A stretch of 64,000 nt of DNA from Eledone cirrhosa. Lineage: Eukaryota. The position numbers and the translations under genes are program-made. A model generated the notes under the pieces. It ran no database searches and was not told the origin of the DNA. It saw nothing but the letters and a program-made list of their open reading frames with translations. Below are positions 15,457-29,696 of this stretch, piece by piece. How positions within the stretch are numbered: the first letter of the stretch is position 1; each line of letters starts with the position of its first letter. Where the stretch lies: contig OZ024742.1 of assembly GCA_964016885.1 (NCBI GenBank), forward strand, positions 123,256,001 through 123,320,000, read 5' to 3'.

Positions 15457-16017
15457 TAAAATATATGATAAACATGAAATGTGTTTACATTGCAACAGAC
15501 AAAGTTAGCTATTAATGAAATAAACTACTTAAAGTGAATACAATGTATCTGTCTCGATATAAGTCAATAAAGACAAGCTTATATTGGCAACGGCCATGAT
15601 TCCTGGACAGATTTAAATTTCAAAATTCAAACCTGTTCTGTAGACGAATTTGAACCTCGAAACCTAAATAAGTTTCGCAACGGTGGAATGTGAATTGAAA
15701 AATAAAGAGAATCGAAATGGAATAGAAATAAAAAAGTGAAATATCCAAATCTTCTGTGCTTATCAACAGGAATCCAGTAAAATTAGTACATCGCACATCA
15801 AAAATTTTGCAGGTCTGACTACACGTGTGTAGGCAGGCCAAAACTAGCCGTCCCACATTCACGGTGCTAGAAATAACAGCCGCTTATGCAGGATTAAGGA
15901 TCAGCTCTACAATAAAGGAGCCATACACTATATTATATTTTGAGAATAAACTCTCAGTCGTTTACAATAATTAAGCTCCAGGAAAAGGGGCTCTTCCGAG
16001 CAGTTAAATACATTAAA

Positions 16018-16056
<39 letters not shown>

Positions 16057-16240
16057 CAATATATATATATATATATATATAATATACATATATGGTATAA
16101 ATAATATATATATATATAACTATTCATTAGTTAAGCAAGACAAGACCACACATTTCACAAGGAAGACATTATTAAAAGATTGTCAACATATTTAGTTTGA
16201 TGTAAGGAATGTAGAGAATAATATTAATAATATTAATAAT

Positions 16241-16428
16241 AATTGTTTCTATTTTAGGCACAAGGCCAGCAATTACCCAGTGCATTACTGGTACTTTATT
16301 TTATCAACCCCGTAAAGATGAAAGGCAAAGTCAACCTCGGCGGGATTTGAACTCAGATCGTAAAGGGACGTAACTATGCTGGAAAGCATGGCGTCCGACC
16401 CTCTACCGATACTGCCAATCCACCGCCC
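16241..16428 (-). mobile_element. SINE family 1, full length (about 190 bp)
   Basis: Box A tggcagtatcgg, box B gagttcaaatccc, body ctttgcctttcatc...gataaaataaagtaccag, tail ggccttgtgcctaaa.tagaaacaatt. Confidence 0.9.
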
Positions 16429-16951
16429 TTTAATAATATTAATAATAATAATGTCCGTTTACAATTGTTTCGCTACTCCATATAATATTTCTGGATCAAA
16501 TGACTATATATCATTATTGATCTGGTTCAGTTGAAAATAATTACCATATTTAAAGTCAGAGCGGTTTATCGGATCTTCAAAGGAATATAAATTAAAATAA
16601 GGAGAGAATGTTACATAATGTAATGTTCCATATATTGGTATTTCACTATGGTGTCCTGGGTGTATCAATTGTCTGCCATAATCAAGCAGTATTCATCTGT
16701 CGAGGCTGCATTGTGTGAGATCTGCCTATGGATAACAAGATGGAGACCAATGGACATATTTACCTTACTAATTGGAGGGTGGTTTCAGGGGAAGTAACTC
16801 CTCGAGAGATTAGAAATTGTGAGTAGTTTATAGTTAAGTGCGAATTTTTTAATTTTTTAATTTAGAGACAATGTAGGGGAGGTATCTTATAATTATCTGT
16901 TAATTATAGCTATTTAACTTATTAGCTACAAGTAAAAATGGGGCTAGATGA

Positions 16952-17356
16952 CTATGTTGGGTCAAATATTCTGTTGGCGAAGGAATTAGCCCTTCGATGT
17001 TGACACCTAATAGTTACCTCCGTTCTATGATTAATCGGTAGGGGTCGTGATATAGTTATGTAATATGCTTCGGTAATACAGAGATCACAAGATTTTCTTC
17101 GTCCATTGAACGGTTGGACCCTAGCTAAGATATCCCAAGTTAGTGAGTGTTCAATGTTGGTTAATTTAAGGTTTTTAATGAGCCTAGCTAGAGATGTCGA
17201 ACATCTGTTGTTAGGGTCGCGGAAGGAAAAAGAGTGCGCGATATAGCGTACCTTAAAAAGGTTAGAGGTAGACCCGATATAGGAGCTGGTATTCGAAGTA
17301 GTTTTAAACGTGCACCTATAGACTATGTTGGGTATCAGGCAGTGTCCATTTAGTGG
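16952..17356 (-). pseudogene. Penelope-like element C-terminal GIY-YIG endonuclease, 5'-truncated (left arm of palindrome)
   Basis: Translation PLNGHCLIPNIVYRC...SYIGSTSNLFKVRY.AHSFSF...TSL...WDIL...CDLCITE...INHRTE...CQH matches the VY/YIG/R/H/E/N pattern of PLE GIY-YIG domains with flanking Cys motifs. The first residues of tracked ORF 16952..17410 come from the spacer and opposite arm. No RT upstream. Confidence 0.9.
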
Positions 17357-17372
17357 GCTTGCATTAGAGTAA

Positions 17373-17786
17373 CGGCAGTGTCCACTAAATGGACACTGCC
17401 TGACACCCAATATAGTCTATTGGTGCACGGTTAAAACTGCTTCGAATACCAGCTCCTATATCGGGTCTAACTCTAACACGTTTAAGGTACGCTATATCGC
17501 GCACTCTTTTTCCTTCCGAGACCCTAACAACAGATGTTCGACATCTCTAGCTAGGCTCATTAAAAACCTTAAATTAACCAACATTGAACACTCACTAACA
17601 TGGGATATCTTAGCTAGGGCCCAACCGTTCAATGGTCGAAGAAAATCTTGTGATCTCTGTATTACCGAAGCATATTACATAACTATATCACGGCCCCTAC
17701 CGATTAATCATAGAACGGAGGTAACTATTAGGTGTCAACATCGAAGAGCTAATTCCTTCGCCAACAGAATATTTGACCCAACATAG
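17373..17786 (+). pseudogene. Penelope-like GIY-YIG endonuclease, 5'-truncated (right arm; open frame without start codon, absent from ORF track)
   Basis: Reads RQCPLNGHCLTPNIVYWCTVKTASNTSSYIGSNSNTFKVRY...RIFDPT*; inverted near-copy of the left arm. Confidence 0.9.
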
Positions 17787-18315
17787 TCATCTAGCCCCAT
17801 TTTTACTTGTAGCTAATAAGTTAAATAGCTATAACTAACAGATAATTATAAGATACCTCCCCTACATTGTCTCTAAATTAAAAAAATTAAAAAATTCGCA
17901 CTTAACTATAAACTACCCACAATTTCTAATCTCTCGAGGAGTTACTTCCCCTGAAACCACCCTCCAATTAGTAAGGTAAATATGTCCATTGGTCACCATC
18001 TTGTTATCCATAGGCAGAACTCACACAATGCAGCCTCGACAGATGAATAATGCTTGATTATGGCAGACAATTGATACACCCAGGACACCATAGTGAAATA
18101 CCAATATATGGAACATTACATTATGTAACATTCTCTCCTTATTTTAATTTATATTCCTTTGAAGTCCCGATGAGCCGCTCTGTGTTTAAATATGGTAATT
18201 ATTTTCAACTAACCAGATCAATAATGATATATAGTCATTTGATCCAGAAATATTATATGGGGTAGCGAAACAATTGTAAACGGACATTATTATTATTAAT
18301 ATTATTATTTTTATT

Positions 18316-18407
18316 TAACTTTGCCTTTCATCCTTACGGGGTCGATAAAATAAAGTACCAGTAATGTACTGGGTAATTGATGGCCTTGTGCCAAAAGTAG
18401 AAACAAT
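18316..18407 (+). mobile_element. SINE family 1, 5'-truncated, inside Penelope right arm
   Basis: 3' half of consensus within (TTA)n. Confidence 0.9.
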
Positions 18408-19057
18408 TATTATTATTATTCTCTACATTCCTTACATCAGACTAAATATGTTGACAATCTTTTAATAATGTCTTCCTTGTGAAATGTGTGGTCTTGTCTT
18501 GCTTAACTAATAAATATTTCCAGCTCTGCGCGCCTAACTTCTGCATGAACCCAGCCACCTAACTGCTTTCCACTGCATATTGCACATTGAGCACATGCCT
18601 TTACGCTTTGGCTTCTAACTAATTCACCAATCTCTCCTCTCCTATCTCCTCTCCTATCTCCATCTCTCTCTTTAAGATTTGTTTCTATTGAACTGTGTAT
18701 ATATATATATATATAAATATATATTCAAAATCTAATATCTAGAACTTTCTCACTCACGTTTGAGGAACTCATCCCTATTTGAACCTCACTGTTTCCTATC
18801 CCTGGTCTTATTGGACCATGTAGGGCCATTGTATCGGTCAGATCGTCACACCGTATGACCTTTCGCTCCTTTCTGGTTCTTCTCCGCCAACTTGGTGTCT
18901 ACTCTTTCGCTCTAATAGTCCAACTGTTATCTCTGAGAGTAGAGACGTTGCCAGCCCAAGGTTGCTCTTCTTGACTGTCTTGATTATGTCATTCAATACA
19001 CACGCGCGTACCTGTGTGTGTGTGTGTCTGTCTGTGTGCGTGTGTGTCTGTGTGCGT

Positions 19058-19161
<104 letters not shown>

Positions 19162-20852
19162 ATATTAAATGTCTATAGATGGGTTTTAGTAAGTAGAACA
19201 ATTTGGTATTTTATTACGTTATTCTTTTATTTCCACTTTCAGCATTGCTGATAAAACACTTCTCGTCTCGATACTATATCCGTCTACCTGACCTCTACCT
19301 TCTCCTTATCTGACTGTTACATTGATTTCCTACCAGTCTACTAAAATTGAATCAAGGGAATATTTATTTTGATGTTATACCGCTATCCTTTGTCTCTATA
19401 ATACAAAACGTATTGGGATTTCTAATAATATTCTCCTTTTCTTTTACATTATAAAGCAATTCGATTTTTCTGTGCCTTTCTATGATGACTCCTATAGCTT
19501 CAAAATCCAAACTTCTCAATTTATCCGGACATTTTATTATATCCATCTTCGAAGTGTTGTTCTTCTTGTTGATGTTGTTGTTATCTTTATTGTCGTTGTT
19601 GTTGTTGTTGTTGGTGGTGGTGGTGTTGGTAGTGGATTCATCGGTACTGATGTTAGTGCTCTAGCAGCTATTTGTTTGAAATGTACTAAAATAAATTGAA
19701 CAAAATGTACAAATCAAAATCATGAATGAATTCTCATTTTGCGTTCTATATGATTTAACTTGGCAATGCATTCAATTATTCTTGCTCCATAGTTAATGGT
19801 TTCAACCCATATATTTACAACGTATGTCAATCTGCTCACGGAATCATATGAAACCTTCTTTAAAATTTTCTATCAGTCCATTTTCTAATATTTATAGGAT
19901 ATATCGCCACAAGTAAATTCTCGTCATTTGTTATTTTTTAACTTAAGGTGAAGCAAATGATGTTTTAATTCGTCTGAAAATTGTTCCGTTGGCGATCGAT
20001 ATAGGTTTTCTACATCATTCTATCTCACTACGTATTGCTTTACCTTAACAAATGATATATTTCCTTCTCATACATGGTTGTTAATTCAAATAGAAGAAGC
20101 AGATAACATTCTGTATTTCTAAGATATTCAATAAAATATTGAACGTACCTTCAATTTTCGGAGAAGTGGTTTCATAACAAATTATTACATGTTGGTTCTG
20201 TAATCGAAATCCAGCCGATACTTTGATTGAGCATCCTCTCGTAACTGAAAATGTTTCACCTGATCGAATATAAAATTATAACAGAATCTTTTCAACTTAC
20301 ATTTGGCAACAAAGCTTTACGAGTTGTCTTCTATTATCGAAAAATGCACTTTAGAAATGGGTATTTATAAGATGTTATCTTATCGATTTATTTCATTATT
20401 CCTCCCGGATTTAACAAACTAGCTGCCGTAGAATGTTTCTAAAGTGCTCGGATATAAAGAAAATAGCTTTTTCGAGTTCTAGTAATCAATGATAAATCTA
20501 AAAGCTACATATGTACAACTGTCACCAACACTGTCCTTGAAATGTCACAGTTGCAACTAACAATTGTGTAACTATTATTTCAAAGGAATTTTCTAAAATA
20601 CAGTGGCAGAGTCGTTTGAAGAATCACGTTGATAGATATTAAAGTATATTTTGTAAATAAGTATTTTTTCATTACTTTTTAATCGTGCGAGGCCAGAGTG
20701 TGAGAAAAAGTAATAAAATGCAAGACTGAATGTTTTACATGACCTATTTATATACTTTTGCATTCTGATTTGAGGTTCTGTTAGAGATGACATGCCATGA
20801 ACTAAGTACCAGTATTATACTATATTATGGTCAATCGAATCTGCTCTCTCCG

Positions 20853-21110
20853 TCTTCTTCCTCACGCACTTATCCCTAGGAGGGTCGTAGTAGCAGAATC
20901 CTCAGACACTCTCTCCAGCGGATGCTGTTAGAAATAACCGTCTCCAATTAATATAGTTGGATCCCCAATTAACTCATGGATTTTATCCAACCATTTTGCT
21001 CAGGTTCTACCCCTGGGTCTCCTGCCAGTTTATTTTGCCCATAAAGTCTCTCCAGCGATTATTTCCTGTGACATTCTAACCACATATGTTGCCAATATGG
21101 GAAATACATA
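20853..21110 (-). mobile_element. RTE-clade LINE 3' remnant
   Basis: Minus strand VVRM...TGRRPRGRT*AKWLDKI; ends in a short GAA repeat. Confidence 0.75.
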
Positions 21111-21392
21111 ATTCTGTTGTTTTAGCAATACCGTTGTTTCCAATACCGCTTGTAATTATTGCATTTTATTTTTTCCAATAGTGACATTAATAATGGCAAG
21201 AACATCAGACTGTGCATTTCCGTGTTGCCTAAACTTTATGACTTTTGTGCATAGTAATAAATAACAAATAGCTTATATTGGTAGTAAATTCGTCATTGAA
21301 AAGAGACGTTTTTCTTCTGGTGAGTCAAAAAGCAACCTCTTTGTAATTTCTATTTGAAACTAACAATTTTTTCCCTGATAATGTGCTTCGTA

Positions 21393-21655
21393 GTGGAGGT
21401 GCATGGCCTAATGATAAGGGTATTGAACTTACGATCATAATGCCGTGTATTCGATTCCTGGAGTCAGTTGTGTTCCGAATAAAACACTTCATTTCACGTT
21501 GTTCCAGTAAACATTTGTTCCAGAAATAGCTGGTGGTTCGCTCGGTGATCATGTCCTGTCCAAGGGGTAGTATTGATCGCTCAGTCGCTTCATGAGACGG
21601 AAAACAGGATAAGCACCGGTCTGGTGATCCTAAGGCCACGAGATTGTCTTTAGAC
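21393..21655 (+). mobile_element. SINE family 2 (tRNA head; central domain resembling Meta/V-SINE)
   Basis: ggaggtgcatggcctaatgataaggg...ttcgattcc...aacacttcatttcacgttg; homologues elsewhere in the window. Confidence 0.75.
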
Positions 21656-24600
21656 TTCTTTCTTTAGAATGTCGTTTGAAAAATGTATGAAAGTCACAAA
21701 TTTCTGTCTAACAAGTTGTAAAATCTAAAATCTATTTTAAGTTCTGTTTTATTTATTGCATATAATTTCCAGTTTCAAATAGATTAATTAGTTGTAGTTA
21801 TGAAAAGAATCATACATCTGATTTAGAATTACCTGATACCTTCATTTCGTGTTCGAATTTAAATAGTGAATTATTACTTAACTTATTTTAATAAATGATT
21901 AATATTATGTATCTGTTTAATCTTATTAATGTACGAGTAATATATACAGAACTTCATTTCAATCAAATTTTCTAACATCTCAATTTCGAATAATCAAGCA
22001 ACGACCTATATATAATGGTTCGTTCTTCATGTCCAATGCGTATATGTTATATTCTTCATTAGCATTGCTACTAGTTTAATTATTCTAATTAGCAATTTCA
22101 TTAGTTTATGCTGCAAATTTAATGGAAGCTTATATTGATATGGACGACAAGTCATACTCGTTACTTAGTTTATCAGCGAAATGTAACCACAAACTTGTCT
22201 TCAGCAAATTATTTTCTTTGAAATAATTTGTTAATGGAATCATCAAGGGAAAATCGATTACACCATTTGGTAGAATGAATAGTAGAATATATCTTACGAA
22301 ATCCTCATTCAGCTGATGTGTAAATTGTATCCTTCAAATGGACAACTGTCCTGAGAAATACATTAATTTAGTGGACATTGGGCAGGAGTTGCATATAATA
22401 CACGGTTCAAAGCCGATTACATATTCATTAAAATGACAATAAGTATCGTACAGTGCCAGAACATACTCAGGGATCTGAATTTCTATTTACAATCATAAAT
22501 ATTTCAATTCGCTTACAACTAAAATCCCAATGCTGCAAACCTTTTAGGATTCATACTTACTTAAAAGAGTAATAGGTAGCCGACATATCCATTCACCGGT
22601 GTATGCTATAACATCAGTGTAGTTATGCTATAAAGGATATATATAATATGAATACACTAATGGGGATATTTGTACGGCTTAGACAAATGGTAAAGGCAGC
22701 CGTCGTGGTCTGTTATATGACCTCCGAGACAGGGGAATAAATGGAATAAATAAACACAATTGATGAGTTACTGTACTAGGGAGCATGCGAAATTGCCTTC
22801 CCCTGATTAGTTGATGCTATTAAACCGAGTTGGAATAAATGAGATTTCGTTTACAGCACAAAATGGGGTTACTAAATACTGATTTTTAAAATTATCAAGA
22901 ATTTAAGAATTATAAAATGCCCATAGTCGACTATACAAACATGAGTACTTGACTAGTACTTAGTTTAGTAGTTTCGAGAAGGTATAAAGACACGACCGTG
23001 GTGTCATTTATACTGAAAAGAAAAGGACATTTAAAACATGGAGAAGGGGCTTTACTTAGTGGTTTGATTTGCAAGAAATAGTACCCAAGTCTCAATCAGA
23101 TAGGACCAAAGTGCTTAAGATAGTTCTAAACTATTGGATAATAAAATCTTACATATACTATTCCTGAAAAGAAAAAGAACCGGATGAATCGCTTTATTTA
23201 CAGGTCTGCTCAATCAAAGTATACAGAGACTAAGCAACAGCGGGTAGTTTATTCATTGTGGTTACATTGGGTTGTGTGTATTATAGCGATATTCATATCT
23301 GCCATTTATACGAGATACAGTCGGCTACAACGTTTCATCCCTCTATCCAGAACTCTCCTTATGTAGTGTTGTCTCTAATGCTCTGGTGATTCCTGCGCAG
23401 CAAGTTGTAAGATCCATACCCAGATTCGATAAACATGTTAAGCTCTTTGCTATTTCACTGGTTGAACTGCATTTTGAAATTATCCAATGTTCATATTCTT
23501 AAAAGGCTATACAGTGTTTTCCTAGGCAAACGAATGTGACTTTAACATCTATCAATTAGACCCTCCCTCAGGTATTCAACCGATAACGTTGACTTTAGAC
23601 TTTGAACAGAAGGTATTTTGTGCGTTATTCTACAAACCTACCAATGCACACTCCCGTACCAATAATGGACATCCTTCGGTTTCCACGGTGTATGTTGCAG
23701 GTGTTTAATTAATGGAACAGCTTGGTCGTGAAATTAATATGTAATTGACTTATCAGTCCACGGATATGTTCACATTTCACAGTGCCACATAGTATTGAAA
23801 AGGCAGGTCCATTAAATTACAGGTATAGTCGATCCGACGAGCTTCCAAACAGTTTGGATCTTCTCAATTTCAATCACAAAGTGATTTGTTGATCCGAAGC
23901 CATTGTAAATGAAACTAGCCCAAGAGGCCATGAAGTAGTATTACACTCAGAACCTAATAAATGCGAAACGAAACTCGTAAACATTTGCCCATGCTGCGAC
24001 CACCTTATTCTACCAATTGTGACAATTCACCCTAATTTTGTTAGTCATACTACCACTTCTACCAATCCAGCACAATGTTGTACATCACTACACGAATTCC
24101 TATAATTCAGCACTCTTCCGTGAACGATTATACCAATCCACAGAATATATTTGAAATAGTGAAATGTTAAAAATATGCATTTCAAATTTACAAATAGAAA
24201 ATTAATATCCTCATTATTTTTTACATTTCGGTGTATCAAATTGTTTATTCAAACTTTTCTCAGTTGATGTAAATATATTTACAAGGTTGTTTGCAACTTA
24301 ATCAAATAATTGAACTTATATTTAGCCAGACTATCACTTTCTTTTGTGATCTGAAGTAATTTTGTCCTCTTCGCCCTTTTATTAAATCAAAATAAAGAAA
24401 ATACCAACGTTTTTTGTGTTTGCGTGTTCTTTTCAAAACAAAACAAAAATAGATTAATATTTGTTATTCATTAACCTCCAATATTGATCGCTTAGTGAAT
24501 ACTGCAACAACCTTCATTTTAAAATCGTGTTGTGGCTTTAGTTTTGATTTCTGGTCAACAAAACGTTCACAACCTTACAGAAACTGATATATTGTCCTAA

Positions 24601-25689
24601 CACAACCATCTTTAAATGACGTGCATTATTTGATTATTCCTTTTTTTTTTTTATTAATAATCACTATCATTACATGTTATCATCGGAATCCATTTTTTTT
24701 GTTTTTGTTTTTTTATGAATATGGTGAAAGTGATAAAAATAAAATAAATTGAAAACATTATAGCGTGTCTAGCCTTTCTCTATCAAGTCTAATATGTGAT
24801 TTAAAGATTATGGCTGACAACTTGTTAAGTTGATAAAAGGAAAAGAAAAATCAAATAAAGATTTATAATGTTTGAGGTTTAACGGATGAATGAGTTAAAG
24901 ATCGAGAAATTTAATAATTTAATAAAATTCGACTTTCATTTATTAAGTAATATAGGCACTTTATAACAGAAAATAGAAATTACATTTTCATCACAATTAC
25001 AATTATTTTCCGATAGTTTCAGAGAAATAACAATGCAGTAGTATATGAGGCGATCAGATCATTTGTTGGTTGCATAGATGTAAATAAATTAGGTGAAAAA
25101 TATAACCTAAATACCACATTAAAATAGCGAAACAGTTTTCGTGTCTGCATAGATCATTATTTAATGGGTTCCTAATTCTCCTATTCATATCATTTCTATA
25201 TATTGATTCAGCTTTCTGCGTATCATAACATCGAAGAGCTAATACGAGAGACACTATTCAGAAATTTGACCTGGTAGAAATAGCAGTCAAATATCCTTCA
25301 AATGATAATTTCCAAGATTCAATACGATATGGTATGGAGCCGTAACTCTTGGGTATATCGGAGGGGTTAAAAACAAAACAAAATAGTTACTGCTTAAACT
25401 CCTTGGTATTTGCCTTTTATTTAATCAAGGAAATTATGTGACTAATCATCAATAATCTAAGGAATACAGGAATTTTTGGTGTGTTCATTTATTACAAAAG
25501 TGACTCGCCCATTATAATTAGCTTATTACGTCAATTTAAACAAACGGTCTCAGATAAAATCAGTTTCCAAACAAATACAATTCTGTGATTTAATAATTGA
25601 CTTAATGTTTTAAACATTCTGTGTGTATAGGTTACTGATGTAATTTCGCTTTAGTTTAGTCATTGCCAAGCAGGTATACGCTAAAAGGC

Positions 25690-25998
25690 TTTTCAGTTCT
25701 GACCATGCCAGCTTTTCGTCTTTAAATAGATATGTGCAAGCGTAAACTTAGCTCGTTTGGATACGTCATACGACTCCCAAGTGAGAGACATGCTAATCAG
25801 CTTCTGTATTGGTATCCCCAGGGAAAGGTGCGAAGAGGGCCTCCAAAAGTCAATGGCGGCAGACAATCGACAGCTCCCTAAAATCAGTGAACAAACGTTG
25901 AAAGAATGTATTGATAGATGCAACTGATCATGGTCTTTGGAACAGTTTGGCTGGCCTCATGCGTCTCAAAACGCGAGTGCTTCTAAATCAAACTAAGA
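25690..25998 (+). mobile_element. RTE-clade LINE 3' remnant
   Basis: KRKLSSFGYVIRLPSERHANQLLYWYPQGKVRRGPPK then WRQTI after a frameshift. Confidence 0.8.
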
Positions 25999-27929
25999 TA
26001 TTGCATTATCCGGTGTAACATTTTATTTAAAGGGGGAGGGCTTTTTCTAATAACACAAATGTTCCATTCGTAGCCTGTCGAGCATGTACACAGAGGCTCA
26101 CTCATTAGTCTCACACGTGATTCAGTTTTTGTTGTTTAGCTAACAGTGAAACCTGGTCAAAAGATCTATTTTCTATAGGGCTCTAATCATGACAATCTTG
26201 TCTTATGTTGGCCATAATATACTTAGAATTATATTTTCATATGTGGTTATCTTTGTTATATGATAATGGGTGAGATATGGGGTTGATTTGGCTGATATTT
26301 CCTGCAGAACTGAGAACCAGGTTAAGATTCCTTTTCCAGGCTGACATGTGTCTTAATACAATTAGAGAAACATACAAATTCAAATTTCAAAATTTCTTAG
26401 AATTTCTCGTCTTAAAGAGGTATATTGTTCATAGATATAATGGATGGGTATCTCAGTACTTATAAAAGTAGATATACTCCTTAACCGTTCTCTTAACATA
26501 CAAATAGTTTAGAAAAATATTTTGTCTGCATTTACTCTAGGATGATTTATCGTTGTTAAATTAGCAGTATTTCGTTTATTCATCGCAGCATTGCTTCTTA
26601 ATATGCATTCATTCCTTTTGTTGAGACACATTTTTAATTGTGTTCTGCGAAAGGTACACAATATGATAGAATACAAATGCTCTTAATGGCATATTTTTTC
26701 GAATCACTTTTCAAATAATAATGATATTTGAATTATAGTTTGACCATAATCCATGGTATTACAGAATTATATCTCGTTAATCTCTTTTTGCTTGGGTTTC
26801 TTTGTATTTATGTAAGATTATTCTGCTATACCTTTCTGGGTTTGGATCCTACACGCGTCCACAGACGTTACATCATAGATAAAGTTACCTCAACATATAT
26901 TATTTAAAAGAGGACATATATATTCTTATAGCATTTTTTCTTTATAAAAGAAATTCCATGTTTCACAACCGAACAGCAAATATAAATTCTAAAGCAAGTT
27001 CAGCATCAATCATCAGTAGAGTTAAATAGTTATTGACAAGTCCTGCAGAGGCAATTTGCAGGATGAATCTTAAGATATTTGTCATCATCACTGTTTTCTT
27101 TGTGATAGATCAGTCTCTGGAGATGTATATGACTACAATCAACCAGTATATTGTTCAGATTTTAGAATATAGGCATACTGTAAAGTGTCACATTCTTTAT
27201 CATCAAGCCTTACGTTAAGACCACTAGCAGCCAATAATCATCACAGCTAGATATTGCTCTCATTCCTTTTGTAGGTAAATATTCTCACTGGAAATGTGTT
27301 GTCAAAATATATTCAACAAAGTTATTAAAGGATCCCTTACCTCTTCCTATCCTATATGTATAAATTACGTTATCTTTAAACTCCAGTCATGGACACAGAG
27401 CCTGCAAAATGATAAGGATCCAGCTTCGATCCCAGTCAAGATCCCTTGGGATAAGTTTATTTCACATTGCCATTGTTCCATGCAAGTTTTTTACTGAGAT
27501 TAGATAGAGATCTTGCATGGAAATCCAGTGAGTCGATAGTGGCTGCAATTCAAAGAGCTGCATTCTTATATTACACATAATTATTGCTTTAAGAACATGT
27601 GTGTCTGTGGAATACTCAGCCACCTACAAGCTACTTTAACAAGTGGCTTGGTCTGTTGATCGAAGAGGTAAATGTTCATCTTTGAAAACAATGGAGAATC
27701 CCCCAAACTCCAGCCAACGATGGAGTCTCCTTCGACTTGTTAGAAATAGCAGCCAAATTTTATTTTCATATCTTATCTCTTTCTCTTAGAACCCGTTAAA
27801 CCCGATGGAGTTAAAGGGGAGCCTTTTGACAAGGAGAATATCTTGGGTATTTTTAAACCTGAAGGTTAGCACATTTCCTTCAGAGAAGGATAGAGAGTAA
27901 GAGAGTGGAAAGGAGAAAGAGATAAAGAG

Positions 27930-28100
27930 GGGGAATCAACCCAAGTATATAGACTGACACTGTGGTTGATTCGATTGAACTCGAAAGGATGAATGGCAAA
28001 TGTGACCCCGGAAGGGTTTCAACTCAGAGAGCAGAGAGCCGGAACGAATACTGCAAATCATTCAATCCGACGTTCTATCGATTCTGCCAATTTGCCGCCA
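27930..28100 (-). mobile_element. SINE family 1, diverged
   Basis: Head and body motifs. Confidence 0.7.
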
Positions 28101-29149
28101 TATTCTCTCATATATTACTCTCTTTAAATGGGTGATCTTGAAAAGAAAACTGGATAGTCACTTCCCTTACATTGCTGATATATCTTTTACCAGAAATCTA
28201 TCTGATCAGAGCTAATCTGGAGCTAAATAACAACTTCTGTAACGCCACAAGGATGTTCAAAATTTAGAAGCAACAGGCAAATATCACTCAATTATGGGAA
28301 AGAATATATAGGATAATATATTAGTAGATGGATAATATATTAGTAGATGCAGCGAGTCCGAAAATGTTTGGGATTGTCATATGCCTCATAGATTAAACAA
28401 CTTCAGCACATTATTGCTTGTAGATTTTTCACACGCCAGCAATGGAGCATCTTCGTTCTTTGCAGAACCTGCTAGAAAGAGCAGGTAGATCTTTAAAAAT
28501 CAGATCTAAAAGAATGAAGCCTTTAGTTAATATACTCCCTAAAGTAGAGTTGTAGGTGTTGTTGATGAACGAAATTCTATTTGACCCTGCTAATTCTGGT
28601 CGATGAGGGTTGACATTGGGATAAACAAAAACTGATAGATATCGATTTGATAATCATGCGTAGGTTTTAAAGATTTCTTTTTCATCCCATGATATCAAAG
28701 AAACGTGACGGGAATTCAGGATCATAATACTAAGTATGTTTTCCATAATACAAAATTATTCAAATCCTGCCATCATAACAAATGAACTAAATCGAAGAGG
28801 TAATCAATAAAGTCGTATATCTTAGGACGGACAGTATATTTGATTCGTACATGTTGTAAATTCCAGCATATTAAGTATATTGTTGTTTATCTAAAACGAA
28901 ATCTTATAAGTTTTGGGCGAGAAATATGGAAGTCCTGTATTATTTCAAAACGCAAATGAATGTAATATTTGCAGCACAATAGCTGAATTGTAAAAGCAAA
29001 TAATTGAAGATGTTTTCATAGAGATAATCAACATTCTGTCCCATGCTACAATATGTTCTTCTATTTCAACCAAAACATTTTATGCACGTATTCCTTTCAA
29101 ATAATTACCTTTAGAATAATAGTTTAGAACTATCATCCACGTAGAGTAA

Positions 29150-29466
29150 AATGGTAAATGAATATGGGTAAAGGCCCCTTTCGGATCCCCATTGAAGCAC
29201 TGGTCCAGGAAGTGTGTTCTTGTGGAAGAACAACATCACTCATGCATACTAGTTTCCCCGCTCCACGCCACTGGTGTTGTTCAATGGAAAGGGTGATGCA
29301 GATTGACACCAGTGACGTCGCAATTCATTTCTACAGCCGAGTGAACTGGAGCAACAAAAAATAACGTGTCTTGCTCAAGGATACAACACATGTGGTCCAG
29401 GAATCAAACTCACAAGCTGACGATTGTAGTCCCAATACTCTAACAACTAAGCCATCCGCCTTCACG
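29150..29466 (-). mobile_element. SINE family 2
   Basis: tRNA-like head plus gtatccttgagcaagacac domain on minus. Confidence 0.75.
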
Positions 29467-29658
29467 TTGAGTAGTCATGAGGTAACATATGAATTGTAGT
29501 AAAACATATAACATTCCATCGCCCATACGTCGCAACGTAATACATTTCTTAATTAAGTTACCCAAGTCTTTCGCCATTATTTGCAGCATTAATTTTATGT
29601 TGTTCTGAAACCTTTTTCCTAATCATCTAGTTTCGTATATATATATATATATAATCTA

Positions 29659-29696
<38 letters not shown>

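Larger units (their letters stand above)
16121..18516. mobile_element. Head-to-head inverted pair of Penelope-like 3' ends (about 2.4-kb palindrome)
   Basis: 16121-17356 is the reverse complement of 17382-18516 with a few percent mismatch and a 25-bp spacer; left end abuts a TA-rich tract. Confidence 0.92.

Noticed and set aside
27000-27560. Possible LINE endonuclease remnant on minus
   Set aside because: Only vague similarity; not supportable.
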